This document shows positions 26,947 to 38,479 of a DNA stretch of 64,000 nucleotides, one piece after another. A program made the translations under genes and the position numbers. The DNA is from Octopus vulgaris (Eukaryota). Positions within the stretch are counted from its first letter, which is position 1. Each line of letters opens with the position of its first letter. The notes below the pieces were generated by a model that worked only from the letters and a program-made list of their open reading frames with translations, did not search any database and was not told where the DNA came from. The stretch covers positions 64,108,001 through 64,172,000 of the forward strand of contig OX597820.1 of assembly GCA_951406725.2 (NCBI GenBank), in the 5' to 3' direction.

Positions 26947-26991
26947 TTACTTTTGACAATCTTTTACCAAAGAGTGAAACCGGTTAAGTAA
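26947..26991 (+). ncRNA. Hammerhead ribozyme motif, U3:A8 core variant
   Basis: TTACTT TTGACAA tctttTACCaaagagt GAAA CCGG TT AAGTAA: 6-bp stem I, stem II, palindromic helix III. Confidence 0.65.
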
Positions 26992-27072
26992 ATAAACATC
27001 GTTTAAATTGCATTTTCAAACCTTTCTTCTTATATAATCCCACTCGTGCGATACCCCACAACTCAACTTTTT

Positions 27073-27103
<31 letters not shown>

Positions 27104-27190
27104 ATTTAGGGTAAAAATTGGTATTTATCAATTAGAACCAGTGGTCTAGCATATTAAAAAAGAATCCGAAGATTAAAATATTTATATATA

Positions 27191-27551
27191 CCAATTAAGG
27201 ACTGCACACGAAAAGTGGACAGTCAACATGCTAGATATAGACGTCAAATCGCCATTCTCCACAAAAAGTTTATGTTCTCAGATCAAACTCAACAAAACCA
27301 AAGTAATAAACAAGTGAAAAATATACGAAATAAATATTTACCCATGTACTAAATTTAGTTTCAGCTGTTATTTTCCGCAAGGAAAAGTGCAGCATCATCA
27401 GCATGGTCCCATATAAAATGTAATTTTCACTTGTTTATTACTTTGGTTTTCTTGAGTTTGATCTGAGAACATAAACTTTTTGTGGAGAATGGCGATTTGA
27501 CGTCTATATCTAGCATGTTGACGGTCCACTTTTCGTGTGCAGTCCTTAATT

Positions 27552-27553
<2 letters not shown>
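27191..27553. repeat. Inverted repeat, 130-bp arms (27191-27320 and 27424-27553)
   Basis: Arms nearly identical in reverse complement; TA runs outside both arms. Confidence 0.92.
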
Positions 27554-27586
<33 letters not shown>

Positions 27587-27856
27587 AGAAAAAAAACAAA
27601 AGACAAAAGCAGGGGGTGTAAACAAGAAACTGCTGAATTAGTTTAACGCTCGGGAAGTGATAAAGTCTTTAACGTTTCGAGCCTATACATACGACGGTCT
27701 TCTTTCAGTTTCCGTCGGTTCGAGGTTATAGTAGAAGACACTTACAGAAGGTGCCATGCAGTGGGACTGAACTCGTAAGCATGTGTTTGGGAAGCAAGCT
27801 TCTACCACAGAACCACGCCTGCATATATATTAGCTATCTATCTATCTATCTATCTT

Positions 27857-27899
<43 letters not shown>

Positions 27900-28860
27900 C
27901 TATATATATGCATATATGGATACCGGACGTCACCAACGGAGGAAGTAACATAGTCACGAGAGATAGATAGAATACGCGGGTAGTAATTATCGAAGAAAAA
28001 CGAGTGAAATACGTAAACAACGAGAAAAGATTGGTTAACAGGACAAGTTAACAGAGAAAAAGAACCCTTCGTCAGTTGTCGTCTGTTTATCTAGTACTCA
28101 TTTCGAGCAATCATACGACAATGAGAATCTTCAAAGACAATAGCTCCCATATGCCAATCTGTAACCAAATGGCAAATCTTCCACTACGGCGAAGAACGAG
28201 TGGCTTGAATTGCATGTTAGAATTTAATATATAATATTTACAATACGTATTCTGCAATGAGCATATTCTTCCGATACTGTATTAATATTTGCACAGTAAA
28301 TTCAGTTGAAAAACAGGTTGTATGTATTAGTAATTACTGACCAACTCCAAATCAAAACAATTTTGTTAAAAAATACGGCCCATCAAGCTCTCTCCACATA
28401 CGATATTAAATGGCCAAAAAATGTGTTTTCTATACTGTTACTCACATCGCTGGTTGTGAATTATTGTTATTTCCGGATATTTCTTTTAAAACTCGTTCAA
28501 TATGAACTACAGAATCCTCCACACAGAATTATGACATTTTACTGACATTTTCATCGAAAGAAATGAAACGAATTTTAGAAATCCTATTATATCATGTCCA
28601 TATTATATACGAAATAACTAGAATTGAAGGGCCAGCATGCATTGAGGCTGCATACGTGAAAAAATTTATAGTTTAGAAGGAAGTTCTAAGAATATTTTCT
28701 TTGTTTTCTTTTCTACTTGTAACCAGGTACACACATTCAGGGAGTTCTATACGCTTATTTTCTAAAACAGATCATTAGACGAAAGATTGATTATCGGCAA
28801 AAAATGAAGCATGGTTACACGGTAAAATGTCTTTAGAGTGGGCATAAATATTGAGAAACT

Positions 28861-29221
28861 GGAATGTCAGGAATGGTTGGAATGTCGGGAATGTATGGGA
28901 TGTCAGGAATGTCTATAATGTCTGGAATGTCTGGAATGTCAGAAGTTGGAATGTCTGGAATGTCTGGAATGTCAGGAATGTCTGGAATGTCAGGAATGCC
29001 TAGAATGTCTGAAATGTCAGGAATGTCAGGAATTTCAGGAATGTCGGGAATGCCTGGAATGTCTGGAATGACCAGAATGTCCGGAATGTCTGGAATGTCA
29101 GGAATGTCAGAATGTCGGGAATGCCTGGAATGTCTGGAACGACTGGAATGTCAGGAATGTCTGGAATGTCTGGAATTTCATAAATGTATGGAATGTCAGT
29201 AATGTCAGGAATGTCTGGAAT
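28861..29221. repeat. 9-bp minisatellite (GGAATGTCW)n, about 40 units
   Basis: Direct reading; explains the MSGMSG and DIPDIP ORFs. Confidence 0.95.
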
Positions 29222-30040
29222 ATCTGTCGGTACCCTCTTTGATCTATATCGGCATCCTCTTTGATCTTTGTCGGCACCCTCTTTGATCTCTGTCGGCACC
29301 CTCTTTGATCTATATGGACATCCTCTTTGATCTCTGTCGGCAAACTCTTTGATCTATGTCGGCACCCTCTTTGATCTCTGTCGGTACCCTCTTTGATCTT
29401 TGTCGGCACCCTCTTTGATCTATGTCGGCACCATCTTTGATCTATATGGACATCCGCTTTGATCTCTGTCGGCACCCTCTTTGATCTCTGTCGGCACCCT
29501 CTTTGATTTATATCGGTACCCTCTTTGATCTTTGTCGGCACCCTCTTTGATCTATGTCGGCACCCTCTTTGTTCTCTTTCGGCATCCTCTTTGATCTCTG
29601 TCGGCACCCTCTTTGATCTCTGTCGGTACCATCTTTGATCTATGTCGGTACCCTCTTTGATCTTTGTCGGCACCCTCTTTTATCTATGTCGGCACCCTCT
29701 TTGATCTCTGTCGGCATCCTCTTTGATCTCTGTCGGCACCCTCTTTGATCTCTGTCGGCATCCTCTTTGATCTCTGTCGGCACCCTCTTTGATCTATGTC
29801 GGCTCCCTCTTTGATCTATGTCGGTACCCTCTTTGATCTTTGTCGGCACCCTCTTTGATAAATGTCGGCACCCTCTTTGATCTCTGTCGACACCCTCTTT
29901 GATCTCTATGGGCACCCTCTTTGATCTCTGTCGGCACCCTCTTTGATCTCTGTCGGCACCCTCTTTGATCTCTTTCGGCACCCTCATTGATGTGTGTGAA
30001 CACTCCTCTTTGGTCTCTGTTGGCACCCTCTTTGTTCTCT
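29222..30040. repeat. 22-bp minisatellite (CCCTCTTTGATCTCTGTCGGCA)n, about 37 units
   Basis: ctttgatc recurs at 29281 and 29303; translations cycle through all three frames. Confidence 0.95.
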
Positions 30041-30939
30041 GTTAGCAATCTACTACCAATTGACATTGTATTAGCTCTGACTTTGAAAACTAGGCCTTTA
30101 TAATCGATAAGCATGGAATAATAATGAAATACCTTCAGAACGAAAGGGATCTGGAGGTATGTAAAATATATAGGTAGGATTATTGATGCAATAACTGGAA
30201 TTTCCACCGAAGCTGTCGTCCAGACCATCAAATGCCATCCTAAAATTTTATCACGATGCAATCAACGGATGGTAATTATCAGAGAGTCGAAATGAAATTA
30301 AATTCATTAAAACAGTACACGCAAAGATAAAATTATAAGATGGAGTGATTTGGAGGTTATATTGAAGAATAAGTAAAATGTAAGTGCAACACATCAGATG
30401 AAGTGATGAAGAACAGGGCAAGAAAATGTGAAAAGTAACAGAAATCAATTGTCCAGCAAGTATTTATATAATGATAAAGAAGACACGTATATCATTAGTA
30501 GAACTTAAATATAAATTTACCTGTAAATATTTTGGAATATGGTTACGTAACTAAATTCATGAACACCAATCACAAGATGGGTTTCGCAAAACTAGAAATT
30601 ACGTCTAATTGAGACACAGGTAAATAGAACTTTCTACTTACAAGCCATTAATGGAACTTTAAAAAAATGGAAAGTTTCCAGGACTTTAGCCTGAAATATG
30701 TACACATACACATATATACACATATAGATATATATTTTTACATACATGAATCAAAATGTGCAGCAAAACGCTTACTCGGCATTTTATTATATGCATTCAT
30801 ATTCAAACGTATGCAGGAACGTATATATACAGCTACCCAAATATATATGCAATTTCCAATAAAAGAATCCGTTGGAAAACGGTAAATTTTGTAAAACATG
30901 ACCATAGCCTTGTACTTACATGCTTACAAACAAACAAAG

Positions 30940-31136
<197 letters not shown>

Positions 31137-31743
31137 CACATATTTACATTCATGCATGCACGAATATATATAGATACAAAGTCAGACAGGTCAACAATTA
31201 CCGATGTCAGACTAGTAAAACGATCCAAGAAATATCAGTGACATAAGCGATAACAAACGAAACATTGCCACTTATAACGAGCAATGAATATAACAACTCG
31301 AGAAGCTGCAAGCAAGAAAAGAAAAGTCACTTCAAATCTCTCCTCCACCAATCTATCTGAAGATTCTAATCACTACTCGTGTATCTTCGCAAATTTGTTC
31401 AATGAAAAGAACGTAAATTAATGATGGTTCTTAAACAATGGACTATAGTGTCCTCAAAATTGTTTACCATTAACTTGTTTATCTTTTAATTGTTTCAATC
31501 GTTAGACTGCAGCCATGCTGAGGCACCGCCTTGAAGAATTTTCAGTCGAATGAACAGACACTATACTTATTTTTTGTTAAGCTTAGTATGTATTCTATCA
31601 GTATTTATTTCCGCACCGTTAAGTTACGGGGACTTAAACACACCAACACTAATTGTCAAGCAGTAGCGGGGGGATACAAAAAAGCCACAGACGTAGATCT
31701 GTCTGTCTCTCCCCCTCTCTCTCTGTATGTATATATATATATA

Positions 31744-31928
31744 GGGGAAGTTTACGAAAAAAACAAAAGACGAAGACAGGTGGTGTACAAAATAAACAGA
31801 TGTATTGGTATAAAGCTCAGGAATACAAAAGTCTTTTACGCTTCGAGCCTACGCTCTTCTACAGAAGGGGACACAGAAAAAAACAAGGAGAGAAAAATGT
31901 GTGTTATGGCTAACGATCTATCATGGCG
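31744..31928 (-). mobile_element. HHR-bearing element, family F
   Basis: Close copy of 11733-11926 with TA runs on both sides. Confidence 0.75.
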
Positions 31929-31967
31929 ATATATATATATATATGCATGTATGTATATATATATATA

Positions 31968-32165
31968 GTTAATCCAAACATGAACAAAGAGAAAACACGA
32001 CAACGCGAGGACGTGGAAGAAGTATAGTGTTATTGGATGATCAGGAAAGATAAGAAAGAAACGTTTCGAGCGGAGCTCTTCCTCAGAAACATAGAAAAAG
32101 GAAAGGTCCAAGGTAGGGAAGACGGAGAAAGAAAATCGCCAACGATACACACATGGCCACATATT
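31968..32165 (-). mobile_element. HHR-bearing element, family G
   Basis: Copy of 61018-61216. Minus strand gttt CTGAGGA a GAGC tcc GCTC GAAA cgTT; the 3' strand of stem I is lost in this copy. Confidence 0.75.
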
Positions 32166-32219
32166 GAATGACCGGAAAGGAATGGGGTAAGAAGAAGTTC
32201 TGTGTGTGTGTGAGTGTGT

Positions 32220-32562
32220 GTTTGCACCCCTAACATCGCTTGACAACCGATGCTGGTGTGTTTACGTCCCCGTAACGATAGAATAAGTACTAGGCTTACA
32301 AAGAATAAGCTGTGGGTGCGATTTGCTCGGCTATAAAGGCAGTGCTCCAGCATGGCTGCAGTTAAATGACTGAAGCAAGTAAAAGAGTAAAAGAATATAC
32401 GACGGACTTCTTTCAGTTTCCGTCTAACAAATCCACACACATGACTTTGGTCCGCCAAAGGCTAGATTAGAAGACACTTGCCTAAGTTGACATGCAATGG
32501 GACAGGACCTGGAAGCATGTGATTGAGAAGCAAGCTTCTTACCACGTAGCCACGCCCTCGCC
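32220..32562. mobile_element. SINE family A halves in opposite orientation
   Basis: 3' half on + (32220-32395), 5' half on - (32397-32562). Confidence 0.75.
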
Positions 32563-33746
32563 TCTTTTTCCACAACATGCAAATATTTTACCTGTATACT
32601 CAATAACGGACTGATTGTTTGCCTGCAGAAAAAAAACCACCTTAACAAATGAGTAGAAAGGTAAACGTGATTGGGTATATGGCGGCAAAGAGAACTACTA
32701 TTGAATCGGATGCTTACCGTGAATGGTAAGAGTAATGTTGACCCTTAAATTTGTATGTCATAGATTAGAAACTACAAATAATTTCATAAGTGAAGGCACA
32801 ATGGTTAAGTGGACACGTTGCTTGTAAATAAAACATCCTGCATAGCAACACTGTACTCCATATTTGCTATTTGTTATTTGAAATTTTAAATTTGAAAAAC
32901 AACTATAGCATTGCTAGGAAAAGAGATTAGTGAAATAAGAGGCAGCTTTAAAACAAAATCCTTAGTTATATTACGGAAGCGGTGTAGGAGAAAGAGGAGA
33001 ATGGACAGGTGAACCAGGTGGAAGTGGAAGAGGTGGAAGCACCGAAACAGACAAGGGGAGCGATGTCGTGGAGGAAAATAAGTAAATTTGGTATCGGTAA
33101 AGCGATGAGATGGAAATGGAAAACATGTCGATGATGATAATGAGGAGATAATGTGTGTGTGAGTGAGAGTGTGTGTGTGTGTGAGTGTAGGTGAGTAGGA
33201 CGAAGAGATAATTATAATGATGTTCATGATGATGAGGAGAATAATGAAAACAAAGATCTGCTGCTCAACAAAATGAAAATTATTCGTGCATTTTCAATGA
33301 TTCGTCTAGACAGACTGATAGCATGCCCTTTGTATACACAACGACTCACAAACATACGCATACATGCTGAGATGTAAAAACACGCAAACACTAACACCAT
33401 CAAACTCATAGCACAAGAGTACACACACACGTACGCACAGTTTCCAGCCTACTCTTACCTGTACACATTCACTCACATCAGAAAAAAAAAACCCGGCTAA
33501 ATCATACAAAGACATACACAAGAAATCAAGAAAAATTTAAATAGAATTTAATCGAAACACTATAATTTTGTGTCTGGAAGAATTTGTGAATTATTGTTAA
33601 AGAGAAAAAGGAGGGAGAGTTTTGACGGGAAAAGAGTAATTGGAGAGGATGTAGAAGGGGAAATTTAAGTTAAAGAGAGAGAAAGAGAAAGTGATTAATA
33701 CGATTTAAGAGTGAAATAAGACAAGAGAGTGCGAGAGATAAAGAAA

Positions 33747-33789
<43 letters not shown>

Positions 33790-34199
33790 TGTGTGGTTGG
33801 TGAAATTAGTTCAGATAATTGGGGTAGGATAAGAGTGACAGACTGAGGGAAGAATTTTATCCAAAGTCAGAAATATTTCACTCAATAACACAACTACAAG
33901 TCTTCTGCTTATAACGCAAACGAAACCCTCCTCATTTGCACCCACCGAAATTAATTCATTTCTACAAAGAGCAAGCTTTGGAAGTTGAACATGCATGTGT
34001 GTGTGTGTGCTCATGTTTTTGTGTATGTGTGAGTGTGTGTTTGCATGCGTGTGTATGTTTGAGTATGTGGGCGCGCACCTGTTTAAAAGATATGCTTTAA
34101 AATATTGATTATATAAAACAAAACTTTACAGAAAGTATATACACATATCTTATGACACGATTTTGTGTAAGCGTTTTTCGCTATTTTCAACATAGGTCA

Positions 34200-34469
34200 A
34201 ACATACAGTTCTATATTTAAGAGACGAGGAATTATGTACATTATTAACATTATTTACAGTATTTACATTTGATGGATATTTGTCCTCATCTTGTTTGTTG
34301 TTAACACAACGTTTCGGCTGATATACCTTCCAGCCTTCATCAGGTGTCTTGGATAAATTTCGAACCTGTGTTCTTATTCCTGAAAAAAAAAAGCCTACAG
34401 GCATATGGCGTAGAGGTTAAGAGCACGGTCTACTAACCCCAAGATTCTGAGTTCGATTCTAGGCAGTGA

Positions 34470-34507
<38 letters not shown>

Positions 34508-34642
34508 TCGAAAAATACCTTAGGAATGAGAAACCAGGTTCGAAATTTCTCCAAGACACCTGATGAAGGCTGGAGGGTATATCAGCCGAAAAGTTGTGCT
34601 AACAACAAAGATGAGGACAAATGTCGAACGTAAATAATGTAT
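34200..34642. mobile_element. Inverted pair of Penelope-like terminal repeats
   Basis: 34200-34382 (-) and 34400-34642 (+) both match 18430-18675, and each carries an HHR motif. Confidence 0.85.
34303..34348 (-). ncRNA. Minimal type I hammerhead ribozyme, canonical core
   Basis: Minus strand: GACAC CTGATGA a GGCTG gaaggtatat CAGCC GAAA cgTT GTGTT. Confidence 0.8.
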
Positions 34643-35919
34643 AGGTGATACATGTTTTATGAGGTACACCAGTATAAGCAACCATTTATTTACGGATAAG
34701 CATCTTCATTTTCTGAATTGAATTTTTCTATGGAATTTTGTGAAAATTAATCATTTTTAATTAAAGAAAATTTATTTCAAATGCTGTCACTGTATCAAGA
34801 AATTGATGATAATATCAAACTTATTTTTAAATAGATTTATACAAATCTGTGAATACACAAAGTTATATGCAACTATATCTTTAACTATTTTCTATCTATC
34901 TGTCTGTCTATCTATCTATTTATCTGTCTGTTTGTTTGTCTACAAGTCTGTCTATACAATACACTCATGCACACATATGCACACACACATATGTACAAAC
35001 ACACCACACATATAAACATACTCACAAAGACAGACACACACACGCTCTCACACACATACACACACACATGGTGTCTTGTCTTTTGTAATGAGTCTATTAA
35101 GTAAAGATTAATTATTTATATTTGTTTGTTCCAATCTTACAATTTTGCCATTCGACATTGCCCCTTTCAGTGAGGAGTTTTGTACTCTCAGTCATTTTCA
35201 TGAAAAGGAAATGAGATTTCGAACCAGCCTAACGTGTTCTGGGGCCTATTAAAGATACTAACTGAAAGTTTTAGAGAGGAAATTATTTTTTGTCGCCTTT
35301 AATGATGAAGAAGAGCGGACAGCTGTTCAGTAGCTCGGTACTGTGTTTCACTTCCATATTATCCGGCTCATAGTTAATGAAGGCATTCCAGTTAGTTTAA
35401 TTTTCTTTATGGGAGTTTTGTCGGCCCCGTTACCCCAATTGTCACTTACGAAATGATAAAGACCGTGTATAATTTTTTGGAATATTAATATTGTTCGATA
35501 ATGCTGTGGAAGCAATACACTCTCTTTCTGGAGACATTTATCAAAAAGAATTATGCCCGACTTTAAATCTAACGTCATCCTTTTCTCGATTTTATAGTCA
35601 ATAGTATAAGTTAGATTACAAGAAAGGAAACGTGAGTACTCCACCCCTCCACAACGATTTGTTAGTCGCGCACCTGATGCATCCACTATGCATTTAGTTT
35701 CAAAACAATAAGACCACGGTAAATTTTCAGAAACTCAAATAATGAATACGAGAGCAGCATATATCACATCAAGCAAATGAGCTTCTCTGCGGCCCCGCCT
35801 CCTGCACATATGTCAGTCAAATCTTCCTAAAGTCATCTCAAGTAGATTTGGTCAATCTTGATCTTATCCTAGAAAAAAAAAAAGGATATGTAACTCTGGA
35901 TATATGTTCTATAAGTTCA

Positions 35920-36337
35920 GGTATTTCTTTATTGCCCGCAAGGGACTAAACACAGAGGGGACAAACAAAGACAGACAAAGGAATTAAGTCGATAACATCG
36001 ACCCCAGTACGTAACAAGTACTTATTTAATAGACCCCGAAAGGATGAAAGACAAAGTCGACCTCGGATGAATTTGAACTCAGAACGTAGCGGCAGACGAA
36101 ATACCTATTTCTTTACTACCCACAAGGGGCTAAACACAGAGAAGACAAACAAGGAGAGACAAACGGATCAAGTCGATTATATCAACCCCGGTGCGTAACT
36201 AGTACTTATTTATTCGACCCCGAAATGATGAAAGGCAAAGTCGACCTCTGCGTAATTTGAACTCAGAACGTTGTGGTAGACGAAATACCGCTAAGCATTT
36301 CGCCTGGCGTGCTAACATTGCTGCCATCTCGCCGCCC
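35920..36337 (-). mobile_element. SINE family B, head plus two tandem units
   Basis: Reverse complement of the 735-1760 units; a further degraded + copy lies at about 36430-36625. Confidence 0.8.
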
Positions 36338-36893
36338 AAATACAAGTTGAGGTAGTCAGAGCTGGGAAGTCTATGTAATAGACCTGCCTGATCCCAGCTG
36401 GCTTAGTATTAAATAACAATGATATCTACTAAGGCGGCGAACTGGCAGAATCATTTGCACACCCGAGAAAAATGCTTAGTAACATTTCATCTGTCTTTAC
36501 TTTCTAGGTTCAAATTCTACCGAAGTCGACTGCCCCTTCCATTCTTCCATAGTCGATATAATAGGTACCAGTTGATAACCGGGGCTGATATAATCAACTT
36601 ACACCTTCGCCCGGACTTGCTGCTCGTGCGCTGTCGGTTTTTGAACTCGTCACAATATGAGTCTGAGCAGAACACCCTAACCACTAAACCACGTGCCCTG
36701 ACAAAAAGTACCTAATAGATCTAAATCAACAGATTCTTTGGTAAATGGGTTATGTCATGTTTGCCTTACGCTTGTACGTTTGAAACTCACACAGTCAGAG
36801 TTACTGCCACTGATTCTATCATAACAAGTATCTTCTTTACTGCCGTATAATTATTTTCTTTCTCATAGTTTATTCCTTCTTCTGTCTATCCAA

Positions 36894-36930
36894 CTATCTG
36901 AAGAAACACTTTGAGATCGAAACGTCATAG
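36894..36930 (+). ncRNA. Hammerhead ribozyme motif with decayed stem II
   Basis: CTAT CTGAAGA aacactttgagatc GAAA cgTC ATAG; downstream agcgttaaact is shared with family F. Confidence 0.55.
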
Positions 36931-37164
36931 ACACACTTTCTTCATCTTAAGCGTTAAACTTGTAAATTGCCCTTTTTCTCACTTTCTCTTCTGTGTTTCT
37001 GTCGTAAATTTTGGACTTCTGTATTTGTATGTGTAGCAGCACCCCAGCATGGACACGGCCACATTGCTGAAATGAGTAAACGAGTAAAAGAGTAAAAGAG
37101 TGTGGCCGTATATATTATACATAAATACGTACTACATACATACATACATACATACATACATACA

Positions 37165-37234
<70 letters not shown>

Positions 37235-37734
37235 TAGATAGATAGATAATTATGTGTCTGTGAATGCGTATATGTATATATGGTTGTATATGTAAACGTT
37301 GCGATTCAACCAAAGTGTCTTTAATATTATCCCATGATGCATTGTACACATTGTACACATTGTACACACTGTATACACTCTACGCATGACTTTCAATGAA
37401 TAGAATAATTAATATACAACTAAGTGCAAACATAACATTTTAAACAGCAAACCACGAAATTGCGTGATGTTTTCGAGTTTTCTTCATGTTTATTCTTGTG
37501 TCTTTCTTCGCGTCTTCCTCCATTTCTTCTTTCCTTCTTTCTCTTCCTTCCTACCTTTCGCCTCCTATTGTTATAAACGTACAGCCTCCTACTCTTGTTG
37601 CTTCTGCTCCTCTACCTGACTTACTCCTTCCTTTTACCACGATCATGACCACGACCACCACCATCACTCCCTCACCAGCACCACCACAATCACCGCCAAC
37701 ACCACTATCATCATCATTATTTTTTATTTGACTC

Positions 37735-37993
37735 AAGTTCGGTCTTATTCCCGGCAGGATTTATACAGGTAGCGGATTACTACCTGTAACCTTAGGTATT
37801 CACTAGCTTTCAATAGTTTTTTCAAGTGCTTAGAACCCTCCTGATAATCCTTCCTTTCTCTAAGAGTCCAACTTTCTGCATAAGCTCTACAGGACATTTT
37901 ATTTCAATCTCCTTTAGCCATTTTGCTATATTTTCACATAAAGTTCCCAATGCACCAATTATTACAGGCACACCTTTTACACTTTTCCGTTGT
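37735..37993 (-). mobile_element. 3' end of an R4/Dong-like retrotransposon
   Basis: Minus strand VPVIIGALGTLCENIAKWLKEIEIKCPVELMQKVGLL..GRIIRRVL. Confidence 0.75.
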
Positions 37994-38014
37994 CTAACGT
38001 TTCTGCCAGCTGAT

Positions 38015-38400
38015 AGCTGGCAGAAACGTTAGCACGTCGGGCAAAACACCTAGCGATATTTCGTCTGCGTTACGTTGTGAGTTCAAATTCCGCCGAGGTC
38101 GACTTTGCCTTTCATCCTTTCGGGGTCGATAAATTAAGTACCAGTTACGCACTGGGGTCGATGTAATCGACTTAATACCTATGTCTGTCCTTGTTTGTCC
38201 CCTCTGTGTTTAGCCCCTTGTGGGTAATAAAGAAATAGGTATTTCGTCTGCCGTTACGTTGTGAATTCAAATTTCACCGATGTCGACTTTGCCTTTCAGC
38301 CTTCCGGGGGTCGATAAATTAAGTACCATTTGAACACTGGGATCGATATAATCGACAAGCTCCTTTCACTGAAATTGCTGGCCCTGTGCCAAAATTTGAA
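38015..38400 (+). mobile_element. SINE family B, two tandem units
   Basis: Matches the 735-1760 units. Confidence 0.8.
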
Positions 38401-38419
38401 GTCGTCGTCGTCATCATCG

Positions 38420-38463
<44 letters not shown>

Positions 38464-38479
38464 TCACAGCGGCATGTTA

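Larger units (their letters stand above)
24463..27036. repeat. Near-perfect long inverted repeat (arms 24463-25209 and 26287-27036)
   Basis: Arms of about 750 bp are reverse complements with only scattered mismatches; ORFs 24929-25429 (-) and 26255-26569 (+) share an almost identical C-terminus. Spacer is CA/TA-rich. Confidence 0.95.

Noticed and set aside
28060-28140. CTGACGA and GAAA motifs on the minus strand
   Set aside because: I could not assemble consistent stems I-III; at most decayed ribozyme pieces.
28864-29202. Met/Ser/Gly-rich ORF suggestive of a reflectin-like protein
   Set aside because: It lacks the Tyr/Arg/Asp/Trp-rich reflectin motif, drifts out of frame and is explained by a 9-bp tandem repeat.
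29222-30040. Regular repeats resembling a CRISPR array
   Set aside because: Units are contiguous with no unique spacers, there are no cas genes, and the context is eukaryotic.
30050-30460. Hydrophobic minus-strand frames (LISF...YHPL...VW) resembling GPCR TM3-TM4
   Set aside because: No DRY-like motif, a frameshift is needed, and the frame runs into the minisatellite.
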